Assembly (NCBI GenBank): GCA_035291225.1
Contig: DATDSO010000010.1
Coordinates: 11,163-75,162 of the forward strand
DNA length: 64,000 nt
Origin: an archaeon
Lineage (GTDB): Archaea; Aenigmatarchaeota; Aenigmatarchaeia; Aenigmatarchaeales; JACQIB01
Reading direction: 5' to 3'
Within the stretch, counting starts at the first letter, position 1. Each line of letters starts with the position of its first letter. Positions 33,555 through 42,468 of the stretch are shown here, piece after piece. The notes below the pieces were generated by a model. The model saw only the letters and a program-made list of their open reading frames with translations. It did not search any database and was not told where the DNA came from. A program made the translations under genes and the position numbers.

Positions 33555-33692
33555 ATGCCCGAAACTCTAATCTCAATTTTCTTCGCGCTCGTTGTTGTTT
33601 TGCTAATCTGGAAAGTTTTCAAGAAAGTTGTTGGAGCAATAGTTGTCGGCGGGCTTTTGCTTGCTGTTTTGTGGCTGCTGGGATTGGTTTGA
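33555..33692 (+). CDS. Small membrane protein (45 aa, 2 TM)
   Basis: MPETLISIFFALVVVLLIWKVFKKVVGAIVVGGLLLAVLWLLGLV. ATG is 25.5 nt from TATA 33526-33533. The longer ORF-track start lies inside the hairpin repeat. Confidence 0.5.
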   Translation: MPETLISIFFALVVVLLIWKVFKKVVGAIVVGGLLLAVLWLLGLV

Positions 33693-33708
33693 AAATTTTC
33701 CAAGAGGT

Positions 33709-34074
33709 TTAACTTTCGTTCCTTTTAGAAAAATAATGTACGGCACCTGCGGTGAGTGGTAGAACCAATACTCCAGTAATAAGCCATCCAATATATTCGA
33801 AATATGGTATTCCGACCACAAATTTCCTAGAGAGCTCAAAACCCTCGTAATCAATCTGTCCAGTAAGAATAGATTTCACTGCAGTTGCTCCGCCCATAGC
33901 TGCTCCCGCCACAACACCTCTTGCGAGCGGTCCTGCAAGAAGATGTCTTAAGCGGCCTTCGTACGGCTGCCCCTTAGAGCGCTTGTATAAAGCAAGGTAG
34001 GGCTGAAACAAAGATTTCTTGAAACCTGCTCCGAGCCCGTAAGCTATTGATTCAGCTCTTTCAAATCTGCTCAT
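33709..34074 (-). CDS. Hypothetical membrane protein
   Basis: 121-aa ORF with Gly/Ala-rich and C-terminal hydrophobic segments. Confidence 0.5.
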   Translation of the reverse strand: MSRFERAESIAYGLGAGFKKSLFQPYLALYKRSKGQPYEGRLRHLLAGPLARGVVAGAAMGGATAVKSILTGQIDYEGFELSRKFVVGIPYFEYIGWLITGVLVLPLTAGAVHYFSKRNES

Positions 34075-34125
34075 AAAAAACTATACCACTAAAACTTTAT
34101 AAACACAGCAGCATATTTTATTTGC

Positions 34126-34881
34126 ATGAACTTCAGAAATCTCTTGCTCTCATTTGTAATCGGCGCGGTTCTGTTTGCCCCAGCAGCTTTGGCTTACCAG
34201 TCTGACGGGCCAACAGGGCTGACAAGTTTTGCTTTCGGAATTGTTTCATCTATTTCAGATTTTTTTGGAAAAATATTCGCCACGCCAAATCTTGTTGTAA
34301 GCGATGCGAAATTTTCCGGGGATGATTTGCAGATAACGATTACAAACACAGGGAAAGCTGTTGCCAATTTTAAATCGGATATAGTTGATGCTGGAATAAT
34401 AGATTCTGATAGCAATGTTCCAGCACTATGCAAGTCAAGCGGAAATTATTGTGTTGACAACCCTAAGAGCGGCATAAGTTGCACAGCGAGCGGAGGTCGT
34501 TGCACAACGAGAATACCAAAGACTGGCTATGGATTTTGCTCTTGTGTTTTCAGGCCAAAAACTACGGAAATTCAATCAATAAAATTAAATGCCGGCCAAT
34601 CAACTACAATCACAATAAAAAATGTTGGCGCGCCAAAAGTAGCCACAAAATATTCTTTGAGAATTGCAGGCTCTGGAAACATAAAAGAGTTCGCCACTGA
34701 TAAAACTATTCAGCCGGCATCAGTAACCACAACAACTCCAGCAGGCGGATCCCAAGGAGAGGGGCAAGGATCAGGGCAGGGTAGTGTTGGTGGAAACTCA
34801 CAAGGACAGCAGGGACAACAAGGACAGGGAGCAACTCAAGGGCAGTCGCAAGGACAGGGAGAAGGCAACCGAACAGGCTAA
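34126..34881 (+). CDS. Secreted protein with Cys-containing beta domain and Gln/Gly-rich low-complexity tail
   Basis: Signal MNFRNLLLSFVIGAVLFAPAALA; tail GGSQGEGQGSGQGSVGGNSQGQQGQQGQGATQGQSQGQGEGN. TATA 34096-34103 (AAAACTTTATAAA, the same context as gene 31229). Confidence 0.6.
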   Translation: MNFRNLLLSFVIGAVLFAPAALAYQSDGPTGLTSFAFGIVSSISDFFGKIFATPNLVVSDAKFSGDDLQITITNTGKAVANFKSDIVDAGIIDSDSNVPALCKSSGNYCVDNPKSGISCTASGGRCTTRIPKTGYGFCSCVFRPKTTEIQSIKLNAGQSTTITIKNVGAPKVATKYSLRIAGSGNIKEFATDKTIQPASVTTTTPAGGSQGEGQGSGQGSVGGNSQGQQGQQGQGATQGQSQGQGEGNRTG

Positions 34882-34896
34882 ATAAATATAAGCAAG

Positions 34897-35298
34897 TTAA
34901 TTTCTCTTAAACTCTTCAAACAACTTCTCAACGCCTCGCGCGTCAATTTTCTTTTTCACAAATCCGCCCGCGCCATCAAACTGCACGCGTGAATGCGAAA
35001 GCACTGCGCCGGAAAAATTTTTGGGAATGTGCATCAATTCATGTATCAATATTTTTATTTTTTCATCCTCGGGCTGCTTATCAAATTTTTCAGAAATAAC
35101 TTCAAGCACATAGTGCGGCTTTATTTTCAGCGCGTCCTGCCAGATTTTTGGAAGGCTCCATATGCGCGCGATTGCTCTGCTGGAAGAGCCTGTTGAGCGG
35201 TAGCAAACAATTCTTTTCGCGTCTATATGTAAAAACTTTAACTTCTCGCAAATCTTGAAAATATTTTCCGATATGTCTGGGGCGGGGGAGAATTTCAT
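34897..35298 (-). CDS. Putative zinc metallopeptidase (HExxH, SprT-like small archaeal family)
   Basis: ..KILIHELMHIPKNFSG..; 133 aa. Confidence 0.55.
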   Translation of the reverse strand: MKFSPAPDISENIFKICEKLKFLHIDAKRIVCYRSTGSSSRAIARIWSLPKIWQDALKIKPHYVLEVISEKFDKQPEDEKIKILIHELMHIPKNFSGAVLSHSRVQFDGAGGFVKKKIDARGVEKLFEEFKRN

Positions 35299-35456
35299 AA
35301 TTTATCATGTTATTTTTTATTTTAGCTTTTTTAGATTTATATATTTTTCTATTGGAGTTTTTCGCGCTTCTTCGAGAAGTTTTTTTATTTCATCTCTTAA
35401 ATCTCCTTCATCATCTAGCTTACAAGTTTTCATGATAAAAATTTACATAATGCAAT

Positions 35457-35867
35457 TTAAATTCTTATTAAGCCAAACACAGCAAAAATTCCTGCAAGAA
35501 TTCCAGCTGCGACAATCCACTCGCTTAGCCCGCCCACACGCACAATTCCTTTTATTTTTGGACCAACTGGCCAGAAAGGCATGAGCCCTCTGTGGGTTAT
35601 TGAATCAGAAATTATGTGCGAAACAAAACCAATTGAAAACATTACAGCAACCTGAAAATTTATCCAGCCAAGCGCAAAGCCTGCTGCCAAAAGAAAAAGC
35701 AAAAACCAAACCGAGTGCGCCCAAGTCCTGTGCTTGAAATGCAAATCAATATCGGGAATCATCGCGCCCACCAAAGCAAAAACAGAAAGGTATGCTGGAT
35801 AATTTAAAATTTTATTTAGCAATAGGAAAAGCAGGAAAGCAAACAGAAGGTGGGTGCGCTTTTGCAT
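35457..35867 (-). CDS. Membrane-bound metal-dependent hydrolase (YdjM/DUF457 family)
   Basis: 4 TM with His motifs HRTWAHSV and SHIISDSITHRG. Confidence 0.65.
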   Translation of the reverse strand: MQKRTHLLFAFLLFLLLNKILNYPAYLSVFALVGAMIPDIDLHFKHRTWAHSVWFLLFLLAAGFALGWINFQVAVMFSIGFVSHIISDSITHRGLMPFWPVGPKIKGIVRVGGLSEWIVAAGILAGIFAVFGLIRI

Positions 35868-35909
35868 GGGATTTTTTATTTTTGGGAAAATAAAAAGATT
35901 TTTTTGAAA

Positions 35910-35952
35910 GGCTCGCGCGCACGGATAAACCGATGCGCGCTCGCTATTGATA
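35910..35952 (-). repeat. GC-rich hairpin repeat, copy e3
   Basis: Minus strand: TCAATAGCGAGCGCGCATCGGTTTATCCGTGCGCGCGAGCC. Lies upstream of a T-rich TATA-like element of gene 35457..35867. Confidence 0.75.
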
Positions 35953-36066
35953 TATAAAAATATTTTGTGGGCGGAAATATTTTGAATAAATTCTTTTCAT
36001 ACAATTTGACGAGGCGCATAGATTTACCTTGCGCCGAGCATAGAAAATTTCTTATTTCCAAAAATT

Positions 36067-37161
36067 TCAAAACGGCCTCTGCTCTCTTCTCAATTTCATC
36101 AAGCTTGGCACAATTCCAATCCTGTCCACAAGCTGGTCGTGCAAAGCATTTGCGTCATTCTCCTGCAGTTTCGCACGCAAGTCTGCTTCAATCAGCGGGG
36201 CGGGAAATCCATAGCCAGAGTGAGGGCTCATTGCCAAAACAAGCGAGGCGATTTTGTCTGCTGTTTCAATTGGATTTTTTTCCGAGAAAAAATCCACGCG
36301 CACAGGCCTGTCAAACTCTGCGGATTTCAGATAGAAGGAAAATATTTTTTCTCCTGCTGGACCTAAATCAGAAAGCACTGGATGCTGCGCTGGCTGGGAG
36401 GAAAATTTAAAAACTGCTGTTCTCTCTCCGTGCTCCAAGCAGTGGTAAAGCAAGTTCGTGTCGCGCGTGCCAGACAGAATTTTTTGTAATTCAGGAACGC
36501 GCGGGCTTTCTATTTGCCCGAGGATTTTTTCCGCAATAATTTCGCAAAATCTGCGGCCGCGCGAATCCTCAACGCAGCCCGCAAGCAAAGAGCCAGAAGA
36601 ATTTTTATAAAGATTTTTGAAGCTCTGCAAAACCAGTTGGTAGCGTGCAAACGCCGGAGAATTTTTCTGGGGCTTGTCATTTCCATGTGGCACAATCATT
36701 CCGTCCATGAGAACAATATGCGGGGAAAATTTTGAAAAACATTCTGCAGCCAAATCAACTTCGCCGCGCTGGCGTTCAAGAGAAGAACTCATCGCAAACT
36801 CCTCATCATTGTAAGGGTCTGAAACAACTATGAGTCTCGGAGTTACAATAGCGTGCGGGTGGTATGCAACTTTTTCCAATTTCCCGGAATTGTAATTGAA
36901 AACAACAGCGACCGCGCGCGTGAGAATTAAATCCATTCCGTGGTATTCATGCTGCGAAAGCCCGCCATCTATTGCAGCAACTATTTTTTTATCCAGAGAA
37001 TCAGCAGAAACTTTTTGTATTAAATTTTTTTCAAGAACATCCCCGCCGAGCTCAACGCTTGCGGAAATTTCGCGCAGAAATTTTCCCAGCTTCTCTCTGC
37101 TTGCCTCAAGATTTTTTATTTTTTCTGCGATTTCTGCGAGCTGGGGGAGAAGTTCGTGCAT
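36067..37161 (-). CDS. nurA: NurA-like 5'-3' nuclease
   Basis: ..VAAIDGGLSQ.. and ..IVLMDGMIVPH.. acidic motifs; about 360 aa. ATG 37161 chosen (25.5 nt from TATA 37183-37190); the ORF track starts at 37197. Confidence 0.65.
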   Translation of the reverse strand: MHELLPQLAEIAEKIKNLEASREKLGKFLREISASVELGGDVLEKNLIQKVSADSLDKKIVAAIDGGLSQHEYHGMDLILTRAVAVVFNYNSGKLEKVAYHPHAIVTPRLIVVSDPYNDEEFAMSSSLERQRGEVDLAAECFSKFSPHIVLMDGMIVPHGNDKPQKNSPAFARYQLVLQSFKNLYKNSSGSLLAGCVEDSRGRRFCEIIAEKILGQIESPRVPELQKILSGTRDTNLLYHCLEHGERTAVFKFSSQPAQHPVLSDLGPAGEKIFSFYLKSAEFDRPVRVDFFSEKNPIETADKIASLVLAMSPHSGYGFPAPLIEADLRAKLQENDANALHDQLVDRIGIVPSLMKLRREQRPF

Positions 37162-37182
37162 GATTTTATTTGAAGGTGAAGG

Positions 37183-37190
37183 AATATAAA
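37183..37190. promoter_or_regulatory. Shared bidirectional TATA box (AATATAAA) for nurA and bud32
   Basis: Box centre is 25.5 nt from minus-strand ATG 37161 and 25.5 nt from plus-strand ATG 37212. Confidence 0.5.
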
Positions 37191-37211
37191 GTTTCAAAAC
37201 AATTGTTCTGT

Positions 37212-37889
37212 ATGCAAATTTTGAAAAGAGGTGCAGAAGCTATTTTGTATTTAGACAGCGAGAAAAATCTTGTAAAGGAAAGAATAAAAAAATCTTACCG
37301 GCTGCCGGAAATAGATTTGAAATTGCGCGCCGAGCGCACGCGCGCAGAAGCGCGCTTGATAAATGAAGCTGGGCGCGCGGGCGTTTCTGTGCCGAAAATT
37401 TTTTTTGTTGACGAGGCTGGCGCGAAAATTGTTATGGAATTTCTTTCGGGGGAAAGATTGAAAGAAATTTTTAATTCTGAATTGCCATTGAAAGAAAAAG
37501 AAAAACTTGCAGAAAAAATCGGGGAGTCTATAGGCAAATTGCATTCACATAATTTAGTCCATGGAGATTTGACAACAAGCAATTTAATTTTGCACGATCG
37601 GCAGAATCTTAAAGATTCTGCGAGCCCGCAAAATTCTCAAAATTTTGCTGGGGGGAAAATTTTCTTTATTGATTTTGGTTTGGGTTTTCAATCAAGCCGA
37701 GCAGAAGATTTCGCAACTGATTTGTCTGTTCTGAAAGAAGCGCTCAAGTCCACGCATTTCAAAGACTTAAATAGTTTGTGGGAGCAGATAATTTCAGGAT
37801 ACAAGAAAACTTTCCCTGAGGCAGAAAAAGTATTTAAAGCCTTGGAGAATATTGAATTAAGAGGAAGGTATATTGAGAGGGCTGGTTGA
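37212..37889 (+). CDS. bud32: Bud32/PRPK atypical protein kinase (KEOPS subunit)
   Basis: ..LKRGAEAILY.., ..RTRAEARLINEAGRAGVSVP.., HSHNLVHGDLTTSNLIL, FIDFGL, ..RGRY. Confidence 0.8.
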   Translation: MQILKRGAEAILYLDSEKNLVKERIKKSYRLPEIDLKLRAERTRAEARLINEAGRAGVSVPKIFFVDEAGAKIVMEFLSGERLKEIFNSELPLKEKEKLAEKIGESIGKLHSHNLVHGDLTTSNLILHDRQNLKDSASPQNSQNFAGGKIFFIDFGLGFQSSRAEDFATDLSVLKEALKSTHFKDLNSLWEQIISGYKKTFPEAEKVFKALENIELRGRYIERAG

Positions 37890-37895
37890 TAAACA

Positions 37896-38249
37896 ATGAC
37901 AAATGAAATCCAAACAGCACAGGCAACACCTAGCGTTGCAGCTGACGGGGGTCGAGGAGATGGTGATGGCAAGTCCGTATCATCAGCTTCGACGAGAAAA
38001 GAAGAAAAATTCAATTTCTTCAAATGGGTGCGCGGGAAAAACAGACAAGAATTTTTGGAAAATGGAAGCTATGTTTTAATGGTTGTTGCAGCGGTCTTAG
38101 TTTCAGGCGGTTTGCTTCTTGGAAGCTTTGTTCCTGGAATTGTAATTGTCGCAAGCATCGGCGCGTTCATTCTTTTGCCTGGGCTTGTGATTTATGTTAT
38201 CTCTCAATTAATGCTTCCGGATGAAAACAAGGAGGGAGAAAATAAATAA
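37896..38249 (+). CDS. Hypothetical membrane protein (2 TM)
   Basis: 117-aa ORF with hydrophobic segments VLMVVAAVLVSGGLLLG and IVIVASIGAFILLPGLVIYVI. Confidence 0.5.
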   Translation: MTNEIQTAQATPSVAADGGRGDGDGKSVSSASTRKEEKFNFFKWVRGKNRQEFLENGSYVLMVVAAVLVSGGLLLGSFVPGIVIVASIGAFILLPGLVIYVISQLMLPDENKEGENK

Positions 38250-38303
38250 TTTTTCTCAAGAGTTGCTGGGTTTCGGCTCAACAACATCTGATTTGGTGAA
38301 ATC

Positions 38304-38765
38304 ATGGCAAGAATTTATGCAAGAAAACACGGAAAGTCCCGCAGCACGCGGCCGCAAATTCCCGCAGGTTGGGTTCAGTATTCTGCAGATGAGATTGAAA
38401 AATTAGTTGCTAAGCTTGGCCGCGATGGATTGCAGCCAGCGCAAATCGGTTTGGTTTTGAGAGACCAGTATGGAATCCCGCTTGTGAAATCCGCAACAGG
38501 AAAAACTATTTTGAAAATTCTTTCTGAAAATAATCTGGCGCCAAAAATCCCATCGGACCTTTTCAATCTTCTGAAAAAATCTGTTGTATTGCATGCTCAC
38601 ATTGAAAAAAATAAGAAAGATGCGCACGGCATTAGGGGATTGGAGCTATTGGAAAGCAAAATACGCAGGCTTGTGAAATATTATGTTTCCGAAGGAAAAA
38701 TGCCAGAAGGCTGGAGATATGATGCGAATGCAGCAAAGCTTATTGTGGAGAAAGGTGAATTATAA
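38304..38765 (+). CDS. rps15: 30S ribosomal protein S15 (uS15, S13e type)
   Basis: MARIYARKHGKSRSTRP.., ..LVLRDQYGIP.., ..HIEKNKKDAHGIRGLELLESKIRRL.. Confidence 0.85.
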   Translation: MARIYARKHGKSRSTRPQIPAGWVQYSADEIEKLVAKLGRDGLQPAQIGLVLRDQYGIPLVKSATGKTILKILSENNLAPKIPSDLFNLLKKSVVLHAHIEKNKKDAHGIRGLELLESKIRRLVKYYVSEGKMPEGWRYDANAAKLIVEKGEL

Positions 38766-39385
38766 TGGCCGAAGAAAGAATTCAAGAGCAGAAAGCTGAG
38801 GAAAAACTGGAGCAGAAGCCTGCAGAAACAAAGCAAAAAATCGAAAAATCTCTTAAAGGGAAAGTTTGGGTAAAAATTTTGGCGCCGAAATTTTTTGAGG
38901 AAAAATCTTTGGGAGAAACTTTGGCAGGCGAGCCTGAGCAGGTTTTGAACAGGACAATCGAAACGGGTGCGTTTGAATTTGGAAATCCGGAGAAATTCTA
39001 CTATAAATTATTTTTCAAAGTTGCAGAAGTCAATGGAAATATAGCCAGAACAGTTTTTTTTGGACACGACTGCTCACGCGATTTTCTGGCAAGAGTTGTT
39101 CACTATAACTCGACTAGAATTGATACAAACCAGATTGTTCAGCTAAAAGACGGGAAGCTGAGGATAAAAACCGTTGCTATAACAGCAAGACCTGTGAGTA
39201 AAACAATTGAAAAAATAGTTAGAGAGAAAATTTCCGAGTCTGTAAAAAATCTTTCTGGATTGAGCGTGGAAGAGTTTTCAAAGAAAATAATTTCTGATGA
39301 AATTCAGCAGTCTATAAGAAGCGCGGTAAATAAAATATATCCTCTGCGCACTTTAGAATTCAGAAAAAGTGAAGTTTTAGGCTGA
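38765..39385 (+). CDS. rps3ae: 30S ribosomal protein S3Ae (eS1)
   Basis: ..KGKVWVKILAPKFF..; about 200 aa. Overlapping start/stop with rps15. Confidence 0.8.
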   Translation: MAEERIQEQKAEEKLEQKPAETKQKIEKSLKGKVWVKILAPKFFEEKSLGETLAGEPEQVLNRTIETGAFEFGNPEKFYYKLFFKVAEVNGNIARTVFFGHDCSRDFLARVVHYNSTRIDTNQIVQLKDGKLRIKTVAITARPVSKTIEKIVREKISESVKNLSGLSVEEFSKKIISDEIQQSIRSAVNKIYPLRTLEFRKSEVLG

Positions 39386-40681
39386 TGGAGTTGCAGAAGG
39401 CTGAGGCGCAGGCGGTTGAGTCTGAACAGCGGTTTGTGGGGGTTTTCTTGTTTTCATGTAATAAATTATTCCTACTAAAACAACTATTATCAGAATTGCA
39501 CCAATCGAAACAAACAGAATTGGAGACTCTTCCTTCTTGATATCTTTTATTGCAGAAACAGACTGCAGCGCCAGATTCTTGGCAGCAGCATAATCAGCAG
39601 TGTTGTAAGATTCTACTGCACTGGAGTAGAGTTTCATGGCATTAGTCACATCTTTTTGCCCTGCAACAGAAATTATTGTTTTGTTAGCTGATTCTATTGC
39701 CGCGAACGCTTCTGCTTCTGTCACAGCCCATGTTGTGGGTGTTGGTGGGGGTAGAGTTGTTGTAGCTGCCTGAATGTCTTGTCCGGAAGTCTGGGTTATT
39801 GTTGTTGTGGTGGTCGTTGGGGGCAGAGTTGTTGTTGAAGATTGTGAAGTTGTGGTCGATGAAGAAGGCGCTGAAGCTGTAGGAGAGCTTGTGGTTGTCG
39901 TGGATGATGGAGATGCTTGAGCATCTGAAGAGCCGTCGCTGAAAATTGGTGTTGTTGAACATAACATTCCGGTACATCTGTTTAACGCCACCGATTTTAT
40001 GCTGTAAAAGTACGTTGCGCCATTAGAAACAGTTGCGTCATTATAAGTTGTTCCAGTTGGGTCCGTATCTTTGCATATAGTTGCATCAGTGCTGCTGATT
40101 AAGTTCGCATTATTAGAGGATGGGTTTGCGCTTGTACTTCTGAAAACTTTATAACAAATTATTGAGATAGCATTGCCTGTATAGACCGGAGCGGTCCATG
40201 AAAGATTCGCAACAGAATTGCCGGATTGCATAGCAACATTTGCCGGCGGGTCTGGGTTATTTTGATGGGTTACAGTGATTTGGGCGGAAGCAACTTGATT
40301 GTTGTTCGAATCGAGACTAAGTGCTTTCAACGTTCTCGTGCTTTTCTCCGATGGCCTCCCCTGAGAAATTTGGCTCCATGTTGCGCTGAATGGCGATGTG
40401 CTGTCATCAGCATAAACATTGTCCTCAACATCCAGAAATCTGACTTTCGACACGCCTCCAAAAGCAGATGCAGACACTGTTACTGAATCATTTATTTTTA
40501 TTCCATTTGGAGGAGAAGTTATTGAAACTGAAGGTGGTATTCCTGTAAGCAACCCTGTGGGTCCCGAAGTGGAGAAGAGGAGCCCTCCGGCAACAACCAA
40601 AACAGCAGCTACGGCTAAAAGTAAGTAATAGGAATCTTCTCTAGAAGCGCCGAAATTATATTTTTGTATCAAAAGAATCAC
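39377..40681 (-). CDS. Surface protein: N-terminal anchor, Ig-like plus FN3 domains, Thr/Ser-linker, helical stalk, C-terminal TM anchor
   Basis: GTG start is 26.5 nt from TATA 40704-40711. FN3-like ..PDPPANVAMQSGNSVANLSWTAP..YKVFRS..; SSTTTTSSPTASAPSSSTTTSQSSTTTLPPTTTTTT. C-terminal module is shared with 31229..32380. Confidence 0.7.
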   Translation of the reverse strand: MILLIQKYNFGASREDSYYLLLAVAAVLVVAGGLLFSTSGPTGLLTGIPPSVSITSPPNGIKINDSVTVSASAFGGVSKVRFLDVEDNVYADDSTSPFSATWSQISQGRPSEKSTRTLKALSLDSNNNQVASAQITVTHQNNPDPPANVAMQSGNSVANLSWTAPVYTGNAISIICYKVFRSTSANPSSNNANLISSTDATICKDTDPTGTTYNDATVSNGATYFYSIKSVALNRCTGMLCSTTPIFSDGSSDAQASPSSTTTTSSPTASAPSSSTTTSQSSTTTLPPTTTTTTITQTSGQDIQAATTTLPPPTPTTWAVTEAEAFAAIESANKTIISVAGQKDVTNAMKLYSSAVESYNTADYAAAKNLALQSVSAIKDIKKEESPILFVSIGAILIIVVLVGIIYYMKTRKPPQTAVQTQPPAPQPSATPSA

Positions 40682-40737
40682 TGAAAGTTTTTGGAGTCCA
40701 ATACTTATAAATCTGTCAACATGGCATAAAAAATTTA

Positions 40738-40745
40738 TTTATAAA
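40738..40745 (+). promoter_or_regulatory. TATA box (TTTATAAA) of the SRP RNA gene
   Basis: Box centre plus 25.5 nt gives 40767, matching the start of the terminal helix (GCAGGAGC at 40768). Confidence 0.5.
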
Positions 40746-40767
40746 CTTTTAGTTCCAATAAAATTTT

Positions 40768-41038
40768 GCAGGAGCTAGGTCTGGGTGGTTAGGCCTCACC
40801 TCTATCGGCGAGCGGTCTTTAGCCGAGCCAAAGCCTGAAGGCGAATGCAAGGACTTGTGAAGTCTGCGCAGCTGACTGAGAAGTTTCGCCTCGCGGAATG
40901 GGTTATGCAGCGAACCCGCAGAGGTGCGGAAGCAAGCATGCGTAAGCTGTGTAGTCCGTGTTTGCGAGATACGAAATGGAGAAAGTTGCTCAGGTAAACT
41001 TTGCAAATTTTTGCATTCCACCGAGGGCGCGCTCCTGC
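40768..41038 (+). ncRNA. Signal recognition particle RNA (7S/SRP RNA), about 271 nt
   Basis: GC-rich island. 5' GCAGGAGC pairs with 3' GCTCCTGC (41031-41038), followed by ATATTTTT. Alu-domain-like GCUAGGUCUGGGUGGUUAGGCCUCACC. Helix-8-like AGGUGCGGAAGCAAGCAUGCGU (compare AGGUCCGGAAGGAAGCAGC). Confidence 0.8.
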
Positions 41039-41094
41039 ATATTTTTAATTCTGCAATGCAAAAACTTTTTAAACCGCCATGGGAAAATATACTC

Positions 41095-41871
41095 ATGCCA
41101 AAATATTCCTATGCTTCCAGAAACCAAACAGAAAACAAATACATCATTTACGTTTTCGCAGCCGTTGTTGTCGGCGGAATTTTGGGATTTGCTTTCTCGG
41201 AAATTCAAAAAGGTTTTTCAGAAGTTCCGAATTATGTTTCTATGTCCTCGCAGATTCCTTCAACTGGCTTTCAAAGCAAAATAAATTTAGCTGCTGTCGA
41301 TAATAAGGGCAACGGTGTTGTCACACCTTTGACAGCAGAAGTAAAGCCGGGCGACGGAAAAATCCTGATTAACATAGACAAGCTGAATTACTGGACGGAC
41401 ACACAGCAGTCCATGCAGACTGCGCGCGCAGTCGCTGAAAGAATTACTGGAGCCAATGCAAAAAAAATGGATTTGATTTACTCAATAAAAACTGATAACG
41501 CAACTTTGGTTGGCGGGCCTTCGGCAGGAGCTGCGCTTACAATTGCGACAATCTCTGCTCTGCAGAATAAAACTCTGAATCCGAATATAATGATAACTGG
41601 AACAATTGAAGAAGATGGCTCTGTCGGCAAGGTTGGTGGGATTATAGAAAAGGCTGTTGCGGCAAAAGCAGTTGGCGCAAAATTATTTCTGGTTCCAAAA
41701 GGAGAAGGCACGCAGGTTTACACAAAACCTGAAGAAAAATGCTCAAGGCTTGGCGGCTTCTTATTCTGCGAAACAACATACCAGCGCATAGAAGTTTCTG
41801 TCGGCGAAAGCGTTGGAATAGAAGTAAAGGAAGTTGCAAATGTTGAGGAAGCAATGAAATACTTCCTCTAA
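41095..41871 (+). CDS. Membrane-anchored S16 peptidase (Lon proteolytic domain only)
   Basis: N-terminal TM YIIYVFAAVVVGGILGF; catalytic Ser motif GGPSAGAALTIA; ..AKAVGAKLFLVPKGE. Start ATG 41095 or 41056; the ORF-track start lies inside the SRP RNA. Confidence 0.7.
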   Translation: MPKYSYASRNQTENKYIIYVFAAVVVGGILGFAFSEIQKGFSEVPNYVSMSSQIPSTGFQSKINLAAVDNKGNGVVTPLTAEVKPGDGKILINIDKLNYWTDTQQSMQTARAVAERITGANAKKMDLIYSIKTDNATLVGGPSAGAALTIATISALQNKTLNPNIMITGTIEEDGSVGKVGGIIEKAVAAKAVGAKLFLVPKGEGTQVYTKPEEKCSRLGGFLFCETTYQRIEVSVGESVGIEVKEVANVEEAMKYFL

Positions 41872-41884
41872 TCAACTGCCAGAA

Positions 41885-42034
41885 TCATTTTGCCTTTCCA
41901 ACAATCTTGAACATTTTTGTTCCGCAAACAGTGCAGGTTCCGCTCAAAGCGCCCATTCCGTTCTTCATTGTAACATCCTTCGGGTCTTTCATTTCGCGGT
42001 TCTCCCTGCATTTCATACATCGTCCTTCTGCCAT
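41885..42034 (-). CDS. Small zinc-ribbon protein (DUF5679-like, 49 aa)
   Basis: Not in ORF track (under 60 aa). GAGGTGAT SD, then MAEGRCMKCRENREMKDPKDVTMKNGMGALSGTCTVCGTKMFKIVGKAK with a CxxC...CxxC pattern. Confidence 0.6.
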   Translation of the reverse strand: MAEGRCMKCRENREMKDPKDVTMKNGMGALSGTCTVCGTKMFKIVGKAK

Positions 42035-42168
42035 AAAATATCACCTCTAATTTTATAGGCTAAGTAGAAGGTATATGTTTATAAAGGTTTTGAAATAGCC
42101 GGCAGAAAATCTTTATATACCACCTCCCACATTATTCTTCAGAAAGATTTTTTAATTTTTAGATCATT

Positions 42169-42399
42169 ATGACAACAAACTCATCGCGCCCTCTTGACGT
42201 ATTGGACCGAGCAAAAGGAAAACGCGTAATCCTGAAAACAAAAAATGGCTCAGAGATTACTGGCGTTTTGCAGGCATTTGACCTGCACTTGAATATTTGG
42301 CTGGAGGAAGCAGAAGAAAGAAAGGACGATAAAGTAGTGAAGCTCGGACCGACTCTTGTAAGAGGCGACACGATAATTTATGCAAGCCCGGCTGCGTGA
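42169..42399 (+). CDS. Sm-like (LSm/SmAP) RNA-binding protein
   Basis: ..RPLDVLDRAKGKRVILKTKNGSEITGVLQAFDLHLNIWLEEAEE...LVRGDTIIY: Sm1/Sm2 motifs. Conserved archaeal neighbour of rpl37e. Confidence 0.85.
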   Translation: MTTNSSRPLDVLDRAKGKRVILKTKNGSEITGVLQAFDLHLNIWLEEAEERKDDKVVKLGPTLVRGDTIIYASPAA

Positions 42400-42468
42400 A
42401 AAAATTTCTTTAGGAAAATTTTGAAAAGCTAGCTTGAGCTTGCATGATTATGTGAGAATATTTATTGA

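Noticed and set aside
35317-35433. 38-codon minus-strand ORF (MKTCKLDDEGDLRDEIKKLLEEARKTPIEKYINLKKLK) in the gap between two genes
   Set aside because: There is no SD, no correctly spaced TATA and no recognisable motif, so it cannot be supported from sequence alone.
35967-36410. 147-aa plus-strand ORF starting next to hairpin repeat e3
   Set aside because: It is mostly antisense to nurA, and its start lies in the repeat/TATA region of gene 35457..35867.
40749-41096. 115-aa minus-strand ORF and the N-terminal extension of plus-strand ORF 40924..41871
   Set aside because: They overlap the GC-rich SRP RNA gene, where the absence of stop codons is a by-product of GC content. The Lon-like gene more plausibly starts at 41095 or 41056.
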